Made by a program: the position numbers and the translations under genes | Source of the DNA: an uncultured delta proteobacterium | GTDB taxonomy: Bacteria > Myxococcota_A > Polyangia > Fen-1088 | Assembly: GCA_963796685.1 (NCBI GenBank) | Contig: CAWCMR010000025.1 | Location: 512,001 to 576,000 of the forward strand | Reading direction: 5' to 3' | DNA: 64,000 nt | Shown: one piece after another, positions 41,468 through 51,053 of the stretch | Layout of the letters: the number at the start of each line of letters is the position of its first letter | Position numbering within the stretch: the stretch's first letter is position 1 | Notes under the pieces: model-generated | What the model was told of the DNA's origin: nothing | Database searches by the model: none | The model's input: only the letters and a program-made list of their open reading frames with translations

Positions 41468-43885
41468 ATGACACGGCAGACAGTAGTCTCTCTGGCTCTT
41501 GGCCTCATGTGCGGCTCGATGGCCTGCAGTGGGAGCACACCCTCCGGTGTGGGTGCAGGTGGTGCCGATGGTGGTGGAACGCACGCCAGCGGGGGCACAG
41601 CGACAGGCGGGAATGCTGCGGGAGGCTCGGCGATCTTGTCGTCGGGTGGCCAAACATCCGGTTCGGGCGGGACCGGCCAAGGACAAGGCGGCGACCAAGG
41701 AGGCAGGGGGGGCACCGCGAGCGGCGGCAGTAGCGATGCGGGTGGCTCCACGACCTCGTCGTCCGGTGGACAAACATCCGGTTCTGGCGGAACCAGTCAA
41801 GGACAAGGCGGTGGGCAAGGAGGCAGGGGGGGCAGCGCCAGCGGTGGCATCGCTGCATCTGGCGGCCGCAGCGCCTCGGGTGGGGCCAGCGGTGCTGCCG
41901 CTGGCGGTACCACCGGCGGTGCTGCTGGCGGAGCTGGGGGGTTGACTGGGACAGGGGGCATACAGGGCTCGGGCGGAACCATCGCGGGCACCGACATCTG
42001 GAACCTGCCGAAGTTCCCCGTGGCCACTGGCCCCTATACCGCCGACTGGAAGGCGCTGGGTCTGGCCTATTCCACGCCCGAGTGGTGGCGTGACGCCAAG
42101 CTCGGCGCCTGGGCACACTGGGACCCACAATCCATGCCCGAGCAAGGCGACTGGTACGCCTACCACATGTATCAAGAGGGCTCCGCGGACTTCAACTACA
42201 ACGTCAGTCACTTCGGTGATCCGTCCGTGTATGGCTACAAGGATATCTGCAAGAACTGGGTCATCGACCTATGGGATCCCAACGCCTTGATGGATTTGTA
42301 TGTGCAAATGGGTGCCAAGTTCTTCATGGCCATGGGCGCACACCATGACAACTTCGACAACTTCGATTCGACCTACCAGCCCTGGAACTCGGTCCGAGTC
42401 GGCGTGCAGAAGGACATGGTCGGCACGTGGGCACCGATCGCGCGGCAAAAGGGGCTACGTTTCGGTATTGGCTTTCACAACACGCCGGCTCGAACCTGGG
42501 GGCAGTGGATGCCGATTCGCTACACCAGCGACGCGAAGGGCCCCTACGATGCGCTGCTAACCACCGCGGACGGCAAAGGCAAATGGTGGGAAGGTATGAA
42601 TCCCGCGGATCTCTACGGGCCCAAGCACAGCACCGACTGCTCGAACAATGCGTGCAACAATTCGGCCTATGGCACCCAGTTCATGTATCGAGTCGACGAC
42701 GCCATCAACAAGTATCATCCCGACGTCGTCTACTTCGACGACCACGCCGGCGATTCCCAGGTGGACCTGGGCGTCCACATGGGACTGGGTTCCATCGCGA
42801 CGACGATCCTGGCGAATTACTACAACAAGTCCCTGACCTGGAATCAGGGCAAGATGGACGTCGTCATGAACATGAAGGGCGTGGGCGGCCAATACGACAG
42901 CTTCCAGAACAGCGCGTCCCTGGAACCCTATGCCGAGCGCGCCCTGGTCAGGAGCACCGAAGCGGCGACCGAAGCACAGATCAGTGCCTATCCTTTCCAG
43001 ACCGAGCTCCACATCCAGGGGGGCAACTGGCACTACATGACCGGAGCGGGATACACGAGTGCATCGTCTCTGGTCACGACTCTCATGCAGAACGTCTCGC
43101 GAAACGGAAGCTTGCTGCTCAACCTCACCCAACACGGCCGGGGGAATCTCGATGCCCAGTGTACGAAGAACGCCCAAGACATCGGCGCCTGGCTCAAGGT
43201 CAACGGCGAGGCCGTGTACGCGTCCCGACCATTCGAAGTGTGGGGCGATAGCACGGTCATCTACACGCGCGCCAATGGCAACGTCTATGCGACGCTTCTC
43301 GGTTGGAACGGTGGCGCGGTCACCCTGTCGGCGCTCAAGTCGGGCGGGGCAACCCTGGGAACCGTATCCAAAGTCGAGCTACTCGGCTCCACGGTGGCGA
43401 TGACATTCTCGCAAAGCGGTCAGGGACTGACGGTGACGCCCGCGGGATCGGTGGCGGCGCTCCCGGGGATCTCCGATTCGCAGCTTGCTTCGAAGATGCG
43501 CGTGCTTCGCATCACCCACGACAAGGGCTGGATCAACGACGACGATCCGGGCTGCGCGTTTCCCGGATGGCTTCGCAAGTCGAACCTCGGCACCGGCGAC
43601 TACAACGACGATCTGACCACCAGCACGACCACCGGGGACACGTGGACCGCCTCATTCACCGGGACGGACGTCGCCATCTACGCTCCGAAGGAATCCGGAG
43701 ATGGAAAGATCGAGATCCAGATTGACGGCCAGACCAGCGCGACGGTGGATTTTTCCACCACGGGCGCCCGCCAGCCCCAGCAACGCGTGTCCGAAGTGGG
43801 CAGCCTGGCCGACGGACAGCACACCATCAGCATCATCAATCGCGGCCCTGGCCCTGTCGCAGTGGATGCCATCGTCGTCAACTAA
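41468..43885 (+). CDS. GH29 alpha-L-fucosidase-family lipoprotein with Gly/Ser linker and C-terminal beta-sandwich
   Basis: AAGGAG RBS, SMAC lipobox, PEWWRDAKLGAWAHW, HHDNF, PDVVYFD, VSRNGSLLLN, WLKVNGEAVY. Confidence 0.92.
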   Translation: MTRQTVVSLALGLMCGSMACSGSTPSGVGAGGADGGGTHASGGTATGGNAAGGSAILSSGGQTSGSGGTGQGQGGDQGGRGGTASGGSSDAGGSTTSSSGGQTSGSGGTSQGQGGGQGGRGGSASGGIAASGGRSASGGASGAAAGGTTGGAAGGAGGLTGTGGIQGSGGTIAGTDIWNLPKFPVATGPYTADWKALGLAYSTPEWWRDAKLGAWAHWDPQSMPEQGDWYAYHMYQEGSADFNYNVSHFGDPSVYGYKDICKNWVIDLWDPNALMDLYVQMGAKFFMAMGAHHDNFDNFDSTYQPWNSVRVGVQKDMVGTWAPIARQKGLRFGIGFHNTPARTWGQWMPIRYTSDAKGPYDALLTTADGKGKWWEGMNPADLYGPKHSTDCSNNACNNSAYGTQFMYRVDDAINKYHPDVVYFDDHAGDSQVDLGVHMGLGSIATTILANYYNKSLTWNQGKMDVVMNMKGVGGQYDSFQNSASLEPYAERALVRSTEAATEAQISAYPFQTELHIQGGNWHYMTGAGYTSASSLVTTLMQNVSRNGSLLLNLTQHGRGNLDAQCTKNAQDIGAWLKVNGEAVYASRPFEVWGDSTVIYTRANGNVYATLLGWNGGAVTLSALKSGGATLGTVSKVELLGSTVAMTFSQSGQGLTVTPAGSVAALPGISDSQLASKMRVLRITHDKGWINDDDPGCAFPGWLRKSNLGTGDYNDDLTTSTTTGDTWTASFTGTDVAIYAPKESGDGKIEIQIDGQTSATVDFSTTGARQPQQRVSEVGSLADGQHTISIINRGPGPVAVDAIVVN

Positions 43886-43931
43886 GCCGGCGTTGGAAGC
43901 TCAACGTGGCGGGCTCTTGTGGGCGGCCTCC

Positions 43932-44046
43932 CTAGCGGCACGCGCTCAGCAGCACGCCAACCGAGTTGCCGCTCGTTGTGACGATGTCCAGCCTGCCGTC
44001 GCCATTCAAGTCGCCGAGCGCCAGCGATCTGCCCTGGTTTCGGGCT
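43932..44046 (-). pseudogene. FG-GAP/VCBS repeat protein C-terminal remnant
   Basis: RSLALGDLNGDGRLDIVTTSGNSVGVLLSACR-stop, with an in-frame stop just upstream and no start. Confidence 0.7.
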
Positions 44047-44160
44047 CATCGTTGTGGTTCCTGAGCTGGCGTCCGAACCTGCTTAGCCACCCGCGACGCT
44101 TCATGGTACTCTGACGCAAGCTCGCAAAGCCCGTTCTGAGCGCGCTGGTGGAGGTTCTCG

Positions 44161-46140
44161 ATGCGTTCGTCGACTCGCCTTGTAGTTGTCCTTGTTTCGC
44201 TGGCCCTTGTCGCCTGCAGCTCGAACAGCAAGACCTCTGACGGCGGGACTTCAGGCGGTGGAAACGGAGGTACCCAGGTGCCCGGCACCGGTACTGGTGG
44301 CGGGACGGCTTCCGGGGGCGCGATTGGCTCCGGCGGACAAATCATGAGCGCGGACGCGGGGAGTGAATCCGGTACGGCCGACGTCCCGGGAATCGGCAAG
44401 GATGGACCCGGCGGCAGCGACGGTGGTCGCGACTCCGCAAGCGATGGTCCGGCCAACGACGGCGGAGCCAACGACGCCGCCATGGACGGTGGCGGCGTGA
44501 CCCTGGGGCCACGCTGCACGAGCTGCACGCCGCGATGCTGGGACAGCACTCTGGTTCGAGAGGCGCCGCAAGAAACTTGCACGGACCCGTCGCCGCTCGC
44601 GGGCATCGCCTCGCATGTCGATCTGGTCCTGACGATGCCGGACTCGACCAAGCGATACTTGGTCGATTCTCCGTTCGATTCCGGCAGCCAGTTCGATTGG
44701 ACCTGGTCCTTTGACAGCGCCAAGGGGCGGACCTTCAGCCAGGGCCTTCATTGCGGCAAGGTGGAAATGTCGCGCGTCCCTACCGGGGACGACACCGCTT
44801 CCCCGACATCGCAGGCGCGGCTCACGGTGACCATCGATGGCACCGCCTATTCGTCGGCGAACGGGACAGCGTCGGTCAGCCTGCACATGAAGGAACCCCT
44901 GGGTGCGACCATCAACGATCCCGCTACCGGACCGCTCTTCGATATCGAAGCGTCCGGAACCCTGGCCGCGACCACCGGAGCCAGCATCGGCCTCCAGGGT
45001 CGCATGCGCAACATGCACGCAGGTGTGGGCGAGATGGGTCTTGCCCGCCGGGAAGGCTCCATTGCAGGGCAGGGCTCGTTGGCCCCGGGCGCGGCGATCA
45101 GCGGGGGGACCCTGGTTCTGGCGTCCGTCCTGGTGAACAGCTCGCCAGCCGCGCTGCTGCTCGACAGTGCGCTGGGTGCCGACAAGACCATTCCATTGCC
45201 CGAGGTGATGGGGCTTGTCGCCTTTGCCGATGGCACGTTGTTGGCGGGTGGAGTCGACAGCGTCCACATCGCCGCCTATGACGCCTCCGGAACGCAGAAA
45301 TGGACCACGCCGCCCATCGTTCGAACGAGCCTCACGCGCGCGGGCCTGCTGGCCCGCAAGGACGGCTCTGCCTGCTTCTCGGCCGCGGGACCAACCTCGG
45401 CCAGCACGACCTATCCATCGTTGCTGGTCTGCACCGACGACGCCGGGGTGCCCCAGTGGCAGAGCTGCTATCTATCCCGTGGTTTCGCCAGAAGGTCCCA
45501 CCGAGCTGTCCGACGGAACCTTGGTGGTCGCGGATGGGCGCTCGCCCGAAGTTCTCGGCGTAGCACCGGATGGCAAGCAGCGTTTCGAGTCGCGGCCTGT
45601 ACGACGGATCCGACCAATCGGGATCCTCCCTACTACAAGGCGGTCGGTGTGGCCCGGAACGCCGACGGAGGCGGCGTCGTTCAGGTGGGCGACGATGTCA
45701 TCGCGTTCTCGGCCGACGGCGAGCTTCGTTGGCGGTCGCTCGTCCCGAGAGGAAACGGCGAAGCCCTGGTGGCGGCGGACGGAACCATCTACGCCATGAC
45801 CGGTTCACCCGCCACCGTGGTGGCCATGGACGACCAGGGACGTGTGCTGTGGACACGCCTTGTCGGACACGATGGCCAACTGGTTGGCCTTGCCGCCGAT
45901 GGATCCCTCTATGTGTTCAGCTCGGGCTGGAGCGCGAGCAACGCCCTATCGGCCATCCGAGGTGACGGTAGCATCAAGTGGTCCGTGCAGACCGAGGCGC
46001 CATCGTGGATCCTGTCTCCCGATGGCGATCTCTACGGTTGGACCGCGAATTCTGTCGATCGCGTGGGGGGTGGCTCGCCGATGGCCGACTCGCCCTGGCC
46101 TGCACCGCGCGGTAGCGGCCGCCGAGCTGGCACGCGCTAG
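44161..46140 (+). CDS. Lipoprotein with PQQ-like beta-propeller
   Basis: LVAC lipobox; DG.L.W repeats (ADGELRW, DGTIY, DGSIKW), DSPWP; segment about 45460-45600 reads better in another frame (SDGTLVVAD..DGKQRF). Confidence 0.75.
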   Translation: MRSSTRLVVVLVSLALVACSSNSKTSDGGTSGGGNGGTQVPGTGTGGGTASGGAIGSGGQIMSADAGSESGTADVPGIGKDGPGGSDGGRDSASDGPANDGGANDAAMDGGGVTLGPRCTSCTPRCWDSTLVREAPQETCTDPSPLAGIASHVDLVLTMPDSTKRYLVDSPFDSGSQFDWTWSFDSAKGRTFSQGLHCGKVEMSRVPTGDDTASPTSQARLTVTIDGTAYSSANGTASVSLHMKEPLGATINDPATGPLFDIEASGTLAATTGASIGLQGRMRNMHAGVGEMGLARREGSIAGQGSLAPGAAISGGTLVLASVLVNSSPAALLLDSALGADKTIPLPEVMGLVAFADGTLLAGGVDSVHIAAYDASGTQKWTTPPIVRTSLTRAGLLARKDGSACFSAAGPTSASTTYPSLLVCTDDAGVPQWQSCYLSRGFARRSHRAVRRNLGGRGWALARSSRRSTGWQAAFRVAACTTDPTNRDPPYYKAVGVARNADGGGVVQVGDDVIAFSADGELRWRSLVPRGNGEALVAADGTIYAMTGSPATVVAMDDQGRVLWTRLVGHDGQLVGLAADGSLYVFSSGWSASNALSAIRGDGSIKWSVQTEAPSWILSPDGDLYGWTANSVDRVGGGSPMADSPWPAPRGSGRRAGTR

Positions 46141-46227
46141 ACTAGCGGCAGACGTAGCGGCGGCTGAACGCCCCCGTCCGCTCCCGGCGACGCGCAGTGC
46201 TTGTCTTTGCGCCGCATTGGGACGATC

Positions 46228-49110
46228 ATGGACCTGTCCGTGGAGCATCAAGTGTCGACAACGATTCGATTTCATCGGCCGAGCAGCAACCTGCGCGCTC
46301 GTTCCGGCTTTACCGTGGCAGTTGCAGCGCTCGCGCTCGCGGCCTGCATCGGCGTTCCCGATCAGGACTCTCGCTACCCCGCGCCGAAGTATCCGCACCC
46401 TCCGGTGGCGGCCACTCGGTCAACCCGGCCTCGGTACCCGACCATCTCCGTCGCCACCTTGCCGAGCGGGCTGATGGTCGTGCTCGAGCAGGATTTCTAC
46501 GCGAAGACGGTCGGCGTGGTCAGTGTGGTGCGAGGAGGGGCCTCGGCCGATCCGGCCGGGGCCGAAGGGCTGGCTCATCTCGTGGAACACCTGACTTTTC
46601 GAGCCATCGATGCGACGCCCGAAGTGCCGCCGCCCCTGGCCGGCCCTGGAAAGAGCGGTGCACGTGCGCCACGCCGCGAGCGACTGATTCATCACGCTGC
46701 CACCTTGGTGAACGGGCTCACCTCGGCGGACGCGCTCACGTTCTACGAGTTCGCACCGCCCAGCCAGTTGCCTTGGCTGATCGATCTGGAGGCCGCGCGG
46801 CTCAGCGACCCTCTGGCTGGTATCGACGCCTCGCTGGTCGCGCTCGAGCGTCGCTCCATCGCCAGCGAGCACGAGCTTCGCGACGATCCCCGCTCGGGCC
46901 AGTGGGCCAGCCGCCGCATCTTCCCCACGCTGTTCCCCTCTGGCCACCCCTACGCCAGGGCGGTCGATGGCACCAGCAAGAGTCGCAGCCGCCTCAGCTT
47001 GGCCGAGGCGCGGACCTACGCCGCGGAGAGCTTCCGTCCCGAGCGCATGACCCTGCTCGTGTCCGCGCCGAGTGGAATGACCACGCTCGGCGCGATCGTC
47101 GAGCGATTGCCGAAGGCGTTGGTCGGTGACCGAAGTCATCCCGTCGCGCGCACACCGGCCGCCGAGGGAGCCGAGGCCGAGCCGGTGGTCTCGCGGTCGG
47201 TGCAAAAGCTGTCGTCGCCTTTGCCCGTACCGCAGCTCTGGATCGGCTGGACCCTGCCCGGACTGTGGGGGCTTCAGGGCGCGAGCGAAGCCCTGCTGGC
47301 CCGCTGGGTACAGCAGGATCTGGACCTGGACTACCTGCGACAGGAGGATCCGCACATTCGTCAGGTCCGCGCCTCGCTGGTCCCGGGCGTCAAGGCCACC
47401 GCGCTGATGGTGCGTGTGCTGGTCAGCGAAGGCGCGGATCCCGAGCGCATCACGCAAATCGTCGCCGGCCGCGTGGAGAGCCTGTGGACGCGCGAGCCGA
47501 GACAGCATCCCCTGCTGGAGCGGCTCAAGTCGTTGTTCGACGCCGAATTGATTCTCGATGAGCCGCCGCAGCTCGACCGCGCCGTCGCGCAGGCCGAGCT
47601 GATTGCATTCGGCGCGCGGCCGATCCCGTTTGCCGAGCAGATGGCCAAGATCCACGCCATCGCGCCCGCCGACCTGGCCAAGCTCGCGTACAAGCACCTC
47701 ACGCAAAGCCATCACCACGCGGTCTTCTACACACCCGGCGACGTCGCGTCCGACACTGCCCGACCGACCGGCCGAAGCTCGAACGGGGGCGCGGGGCGAA
47801 GCGACAGCCTGTTCGCAGACGCCGCGGGCTGGGACGACATGGAGCTGCCCGACGCTCCGGCGCCGGTGAGCAACGTGGTGGTCAAACAGCTGTCCACCGG
47901 GCTCACCGTCATCGTGGCCAAGCGGGCATCACCGTCCGTGACGGCATGGCTCGCCTTCCGGGGCGGCTACGCCGACTCCGACCCACCTCTTCTGCTCGAG
48001 GTCGCGCTACGCACCCGGCCCGATGCCAACGACGCCGCAAAGCATGGCGTCTTGACCGACCGTGGGGCCACCCGCGACGCCTCCATCGAGATCCTCGAGT
48101 TCCGGCCGAGCGACATGGCGCCTGCCCTGGACCTGCTTTTCAAGAAGGCGACCGCGCCGTTGCAGAAATGGCCGACCCACGACGAGCTCGATCGCATGCT
48201 CGCCTACGTGAACGCCGACAGCGACCTTGCCTCCGAGCAAGCGGCGCAGGCCTTTTACCGCGCGCTGTTTGGCGACCACCCGCTGTCCCGTTTGGTGAAG
48301 AAGGACGACCTCGCGCGAATCACGCGTTCGGATGTCGACTCGTGGGTGGGCCGAGTCCACAACCTGCGCAACGCCGCCCTGGTGGTGGTGGGCGATGTCA
48401 GGCCTGAAGACGTCATCAAAGTCGCGACCGAGCTCTCGGTCAAGCAGGGCGCACCGTCGTGGGTCGAGCCGATTCCCAGCATGGCGCCGCTCGCGCTGAA
48501 ACCGGCCGGAGTCGAGCACGTGGCTGCGGTGGTCACGCCACGGCCGGGCGCGCTGACCGATATTCGTCTCGGCTGTGCGCTGCCGCCGATGAGCCCCCAG
48601 GACCGGACAACGTACGAGCTGCTGAGGCTCGCCATCCAGGAGCGCCTGAGCACGGCCATGCGTTTCGAGCGCGGAGAGGGCTATGGGGTCAACGTGGGCC
48701 TCGAAACCCTGCGCGGCGGAATCGCCTTCCTGAGCCTCTCGACCTACGTGAACGCGAATGAGCTTGCCGACGCGCTGGCGACCTTGCACACGCATTGGCA
48801 GCGCTGGGGCCAAGGCGGCTTCGATGCCGGCGAGGTGAAGGTCGCCCGCTGGCTCTTCGCCGGACAGCGCGCGCTCATGCCTTCTATGGGTAACGCCATC
48901 GCGTACCGGCTGTTCAGCGACTGGAACCAGGACGCAGCCGGTTTGCTTTCGGGTGCTGCGAACGCCTTCAGCGGGGACGTGACCACGGTCGACGCCAACC
49001 GACTGAACCAGCTCTTCGCCTCGTGCAAGGCCAACGCCGTCCTCGGCCTCACCGGCCACGAGGCGACCATCCGGCAGGCGCTGCGGCGGTCGTGGCCTCA
49101 GTCGAATTGA
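46228..49110 (+). CDS. M16 (pitrilysin-family) zinc peptidase lipoprotein
   Basis: LAAC lipobox, LPSGL, GLAHLVEH (HxxEH), HPYAR, second half LSTGL..LFGDHPL. Confidence 0.88.
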   Translation: MDLSVEHQVSTTIRFHRPSSNLRARSGFTVAVAALALAACIGVPDQDSRYPAPKYPHPPVAATRSTRPRYPTISVATLPSGLMVVLEQDFYAKTVGVVSVVRGGASADPAGAEGLAHLVEHLTFRAIDATPEVPPPLAGPGKSGARAPRRERLIHHAATLVNGLTSADALTFYEFAPPSQLPWLIDLEAARLSDPLAGIDASLVALERRSIASEHELRDDPRSGQWASRRIFPTLFPSGHPYARAVDGTSKSRSRLSLAEARTYAAESFRPERMTLLVSAPSGMTTLGAIVERLPKALVGDRSHPVARTPAAEGAEAEPVVSRSVQKLSSPLPVPQLWIGWTLPGLWGLQGASEALLARWVQQDLDLDYLRQEDPHIRQVRASLVPGVKATALMVRVLVSEGADPERITQIVAGRVESLWTREPRQHPLLERLKSLFDAELILDEPPQLDRAVAQAELIAFGARPIPFAEQMAKIHAIAPADLAKLAYKHLTQSHHHAVFYTPGDVASDTARPTGRSSNGGAGRSDSLFADAAGWDDMELPDAPAPVSNVVVKQLSTGLTVIVAKRASPSVTAWLAFRGGYADSDPPLLLEVALRTRPDANDAAKHGVLTDRGATRDASIEILEFRPSDMAPALDLLFKKATAPLQKWPTHDELDRMLAYVNADSDLASEQAAQAFYRALFGDHPLSRLVKKDDLARITRSDVDSWVGRVHNLRNAALVVVGDVRPEDVIKVATELSVKQGAPSWVEPIPSMAPLALKPAGVEHVAAVVTPRPGALTDIRLGCALPPMSPQDRTTYELLRLAIQERLSTAMRFERGEGYGVNVGLETLRGGIAFLSLSTYVNANELADALATLHTHWQRWGQGGFDAGEVKVARWLFAGQRALMPSMGNAIAYRLFSDWNQDAAGLLSGAANAFSGDVTTVDANRLNQLFASCKANAVLGLTGHEATIRQALRRSWPQSN

Positions 49111-49194
49111 GACCTACTTCCACGGCGGCGCCTTGCTGGGAAAGTCGATGATGATGTCCCTGGCGCTGCCGGGAAACACGCCTACCGCCCCCAG

Positions 49195-49458
49195 TCAGGT
49201 CTCGTAGACTTCCTTGCGGTGGCCAATCTTGACGATGAGCACTACGTCTGGTGGCTCGATCGTGTAGACCACGCGCCAATCCTCCACGCGCAGCCGGCGT
49301 GCACCCTTGAGGCTGTACCGCAGGGGCTTGCCAAACTCGACGGGATGAGAGGCGAGCTTCTGTTCAATGGCCTTGCGGATTCGGTTACGAACATCCTTCG
49401 ATAGCCCTGGGATGTCTTCTCGAACGACACTTTCCAAATATTCGATTCGATAGCTCAA
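49195..49458 (-). CDS. RelE/ParE-family toxin
   Basis: GKPLRYSLKGARRLRVEDWRVVY..IGHRKEVY. Confidence 0.92.
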   Translation of the reverse strand: MSYRIEYLESVVREDIPGLSKDVRNRIRKAIEQKLASHPVEFGKPLRYSLKGARRLRVEDWRVVYTIEPPDVVLIVKIGHRKEVYET

Positions 49459-49676
49459 GCCCAAACCTTCCCATGAGGGATCCGCTTCTGTTTCTTGCCC
49501 AGCCGCTCATCGGCAACGTGCGAAAAATACAGATCCTCTTGATACTCCAGCGCCTGCTCGATCAGGCTGAGCCCCACACCCGAGACCGACTGGGATCTCT
49601 CGCTCGATAGCCGCTGCATGGCTTCGTAGATTTTGTCGTCGACTGTAATGTTGATCCGCTTCTTGGCTGTTGGCAT
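49455..49676 (-). CDS. Ribbon-helix-helix antitoxin
   Basis: KKRINITVD RHH strand, EQALEYQED; overlaps toxin start. Confidence 0.85.
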   Translation of the reverse strand: MPTAKKRINITVDDKIYEAMQRLSSERSQSVSGVGLSLIEQALEYQEDLYFSHVADERLGKKQKRIPHGKVWA

Positions 49677-49808
49677 CTCTTCTGTCTCCAGCGCAAGTGT
49701 AACACCGGTGCCACACCGGAACCAGGTATGGTGTCAGGCACCTCCCTAGCGCACCGAACGGGTTGAATGCTGTGCAGAATCGAGAGCTTGCGAGGTACTC
49801 GGAAGATT

Positions 49809-49909
49809 CACCTCGCCCCGCGAAGCGGGGAGAGGTCGACGCGCGAAGCGCGTCGGGTGAGGGGTTCGGCCATGCGAGAGAGTGCGCTGGCCCCTCACCC
49901 TAGCCCTCT
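49809..49909. repeat. REP-like double-hairpin element with inverted partial partner
   Basis: CCTCGCCCCGCGAAGCGGGGAGAGG-TCGACGCGCGAAGCGCGTCG-GGTGAGGGG, then CCCCTCACCCTAGCCCTCTC. Confidence 0.75.
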
Positions 49910-50044
49910 CTTGGCCGGCCTTGCGGTTCACCAGATCTCGGAGATTCGAGAGATCGTCTGGTGTCGGCTTCCACGCATTCAGGTGATGGAGGCGACGTTT
50001 CGTTTTGAGTGAAGCCATCAGCTCACCTCGCCCCGGCCCCGGCG

Positions 50045-50245
50045 CGGTTTCATGGCAACCGCCACCCCGAGGAGATCGGAGGCGGCGAGGTCGGTGCCTC
50101 CCTCTGCCACCTTGCCATCGAGAAGAGGGTCAGCTCGTCGACGCAGAACCACTGCTGGAAGACGGCTACGACATCCGAGCGGCCCGCCCGACCGGCCATA
50201 GCGAGGGAAGAAATGGGTGACCCTTTGGAGGGGCTCAAGCTGTGA
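50045..50245 (+). pseudogene. intI: Internally deleted integron integrase remnant
   Basis: RFHGNRHPEEIGGGEVGASLCHLAIEKRVSSSTQN (IntI N-terminal motif) fused to LLEDGYDIR (IntI C-terminal motif), ending PLEGLKL-stop. Confidence 0.8.
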
Positions 50246-50249
50246 GGCC

Positions 50250-50320
50250 GCCGAACAAGGCGTTGAACCCGACGTGCGGCCGCGGACGGCCGCTCGCAGC
50301 TTAACGGCAAACCGTTCGGC
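50250..50320 (+). mobile_element. Integron attC site
   Basis: GCCGAAC-AAGGCGTTGAAC...GCTTAACGGCAAACC-GTTCGGC; complementary R boxes, imperfect palindrome of 71 bp. Confidence 0.8.
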
Positions 50321-50455
50321 GTAACAAGGTGGGGAAGGCCGTGGGTCGTCTGGACAAGGGCACCATGGTGCGAGTCAACCGGGCCATTGGGCTTTGGTTT
50401 GGATTTGCGGCGTAGTGCTGGATATCGAGTGGACGCCTTCTGAGTTGCCCCAGCT

Positions 50456-50860
50456 CTAGCCGCCCGCTCCGGCACCCGCTCCGCCTCCAGGCCCCGCACC
50501 GGCACCAGCGCCCGCACCGCCTCCACGACCCGCGCCCGCACCGGCACCAGCACCTGCGCCCGCGCCCGCCCCTGCCCCAGCACCCGCACCGGCGCCACGC
50601 CCGCCACCCGGGCCTGCACCCGTTCCTCCTCCGGCACCTGGACCTGCCCCACCGCCGAACGTGAAGCCACCGTCTATGCCAGGAATGGCGAATACGAATC
50701 CGCCGTCCCCTCCTGGGAGCGTAAAGACAAATCCAGCATCCCCGCCGTTTGGAATTTGAATCGTTCGCGCATCAGGCGTAACCACGCCACTGTCGCCTAT
50801 CCCAACGGGGCCACGCCCTCCGGCATCAGGAGTCCCAACAGTGGGGTGAAACCTCCGACT
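50456..50860 (-). pseudogene. Fragment of a secreted-type protein with (GA)n tail
   Basis: PDAGG / GGDAGFVF repeats and GAGAGAG run; no coherent N-terminus. Confidence 0.45.
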
Positions 50861-51053
50861 GCGTCGGCGCCGCCCTAACACCGGTGCGCTGTCGGGCCCG
50901 GGCGAGGTCGAAATCTTCGACAGGTGGAAGCCGCGTCCTCGACGCCGGTGGGCGGGAGGAACCGGACAAACCCGAGCAGGACAGCGAAGCGGACGAGGAC
51001 CCGAATGCACTACCAGCCCTGAGCCCCGGCAAGACACCCCGCGGGTATGGAGC

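Noticed and set aside
50870-50900. CCCTAAC / GTTAGGG as a second attC core
   Set aside because: No complementary R box or palindromic body within attC distance
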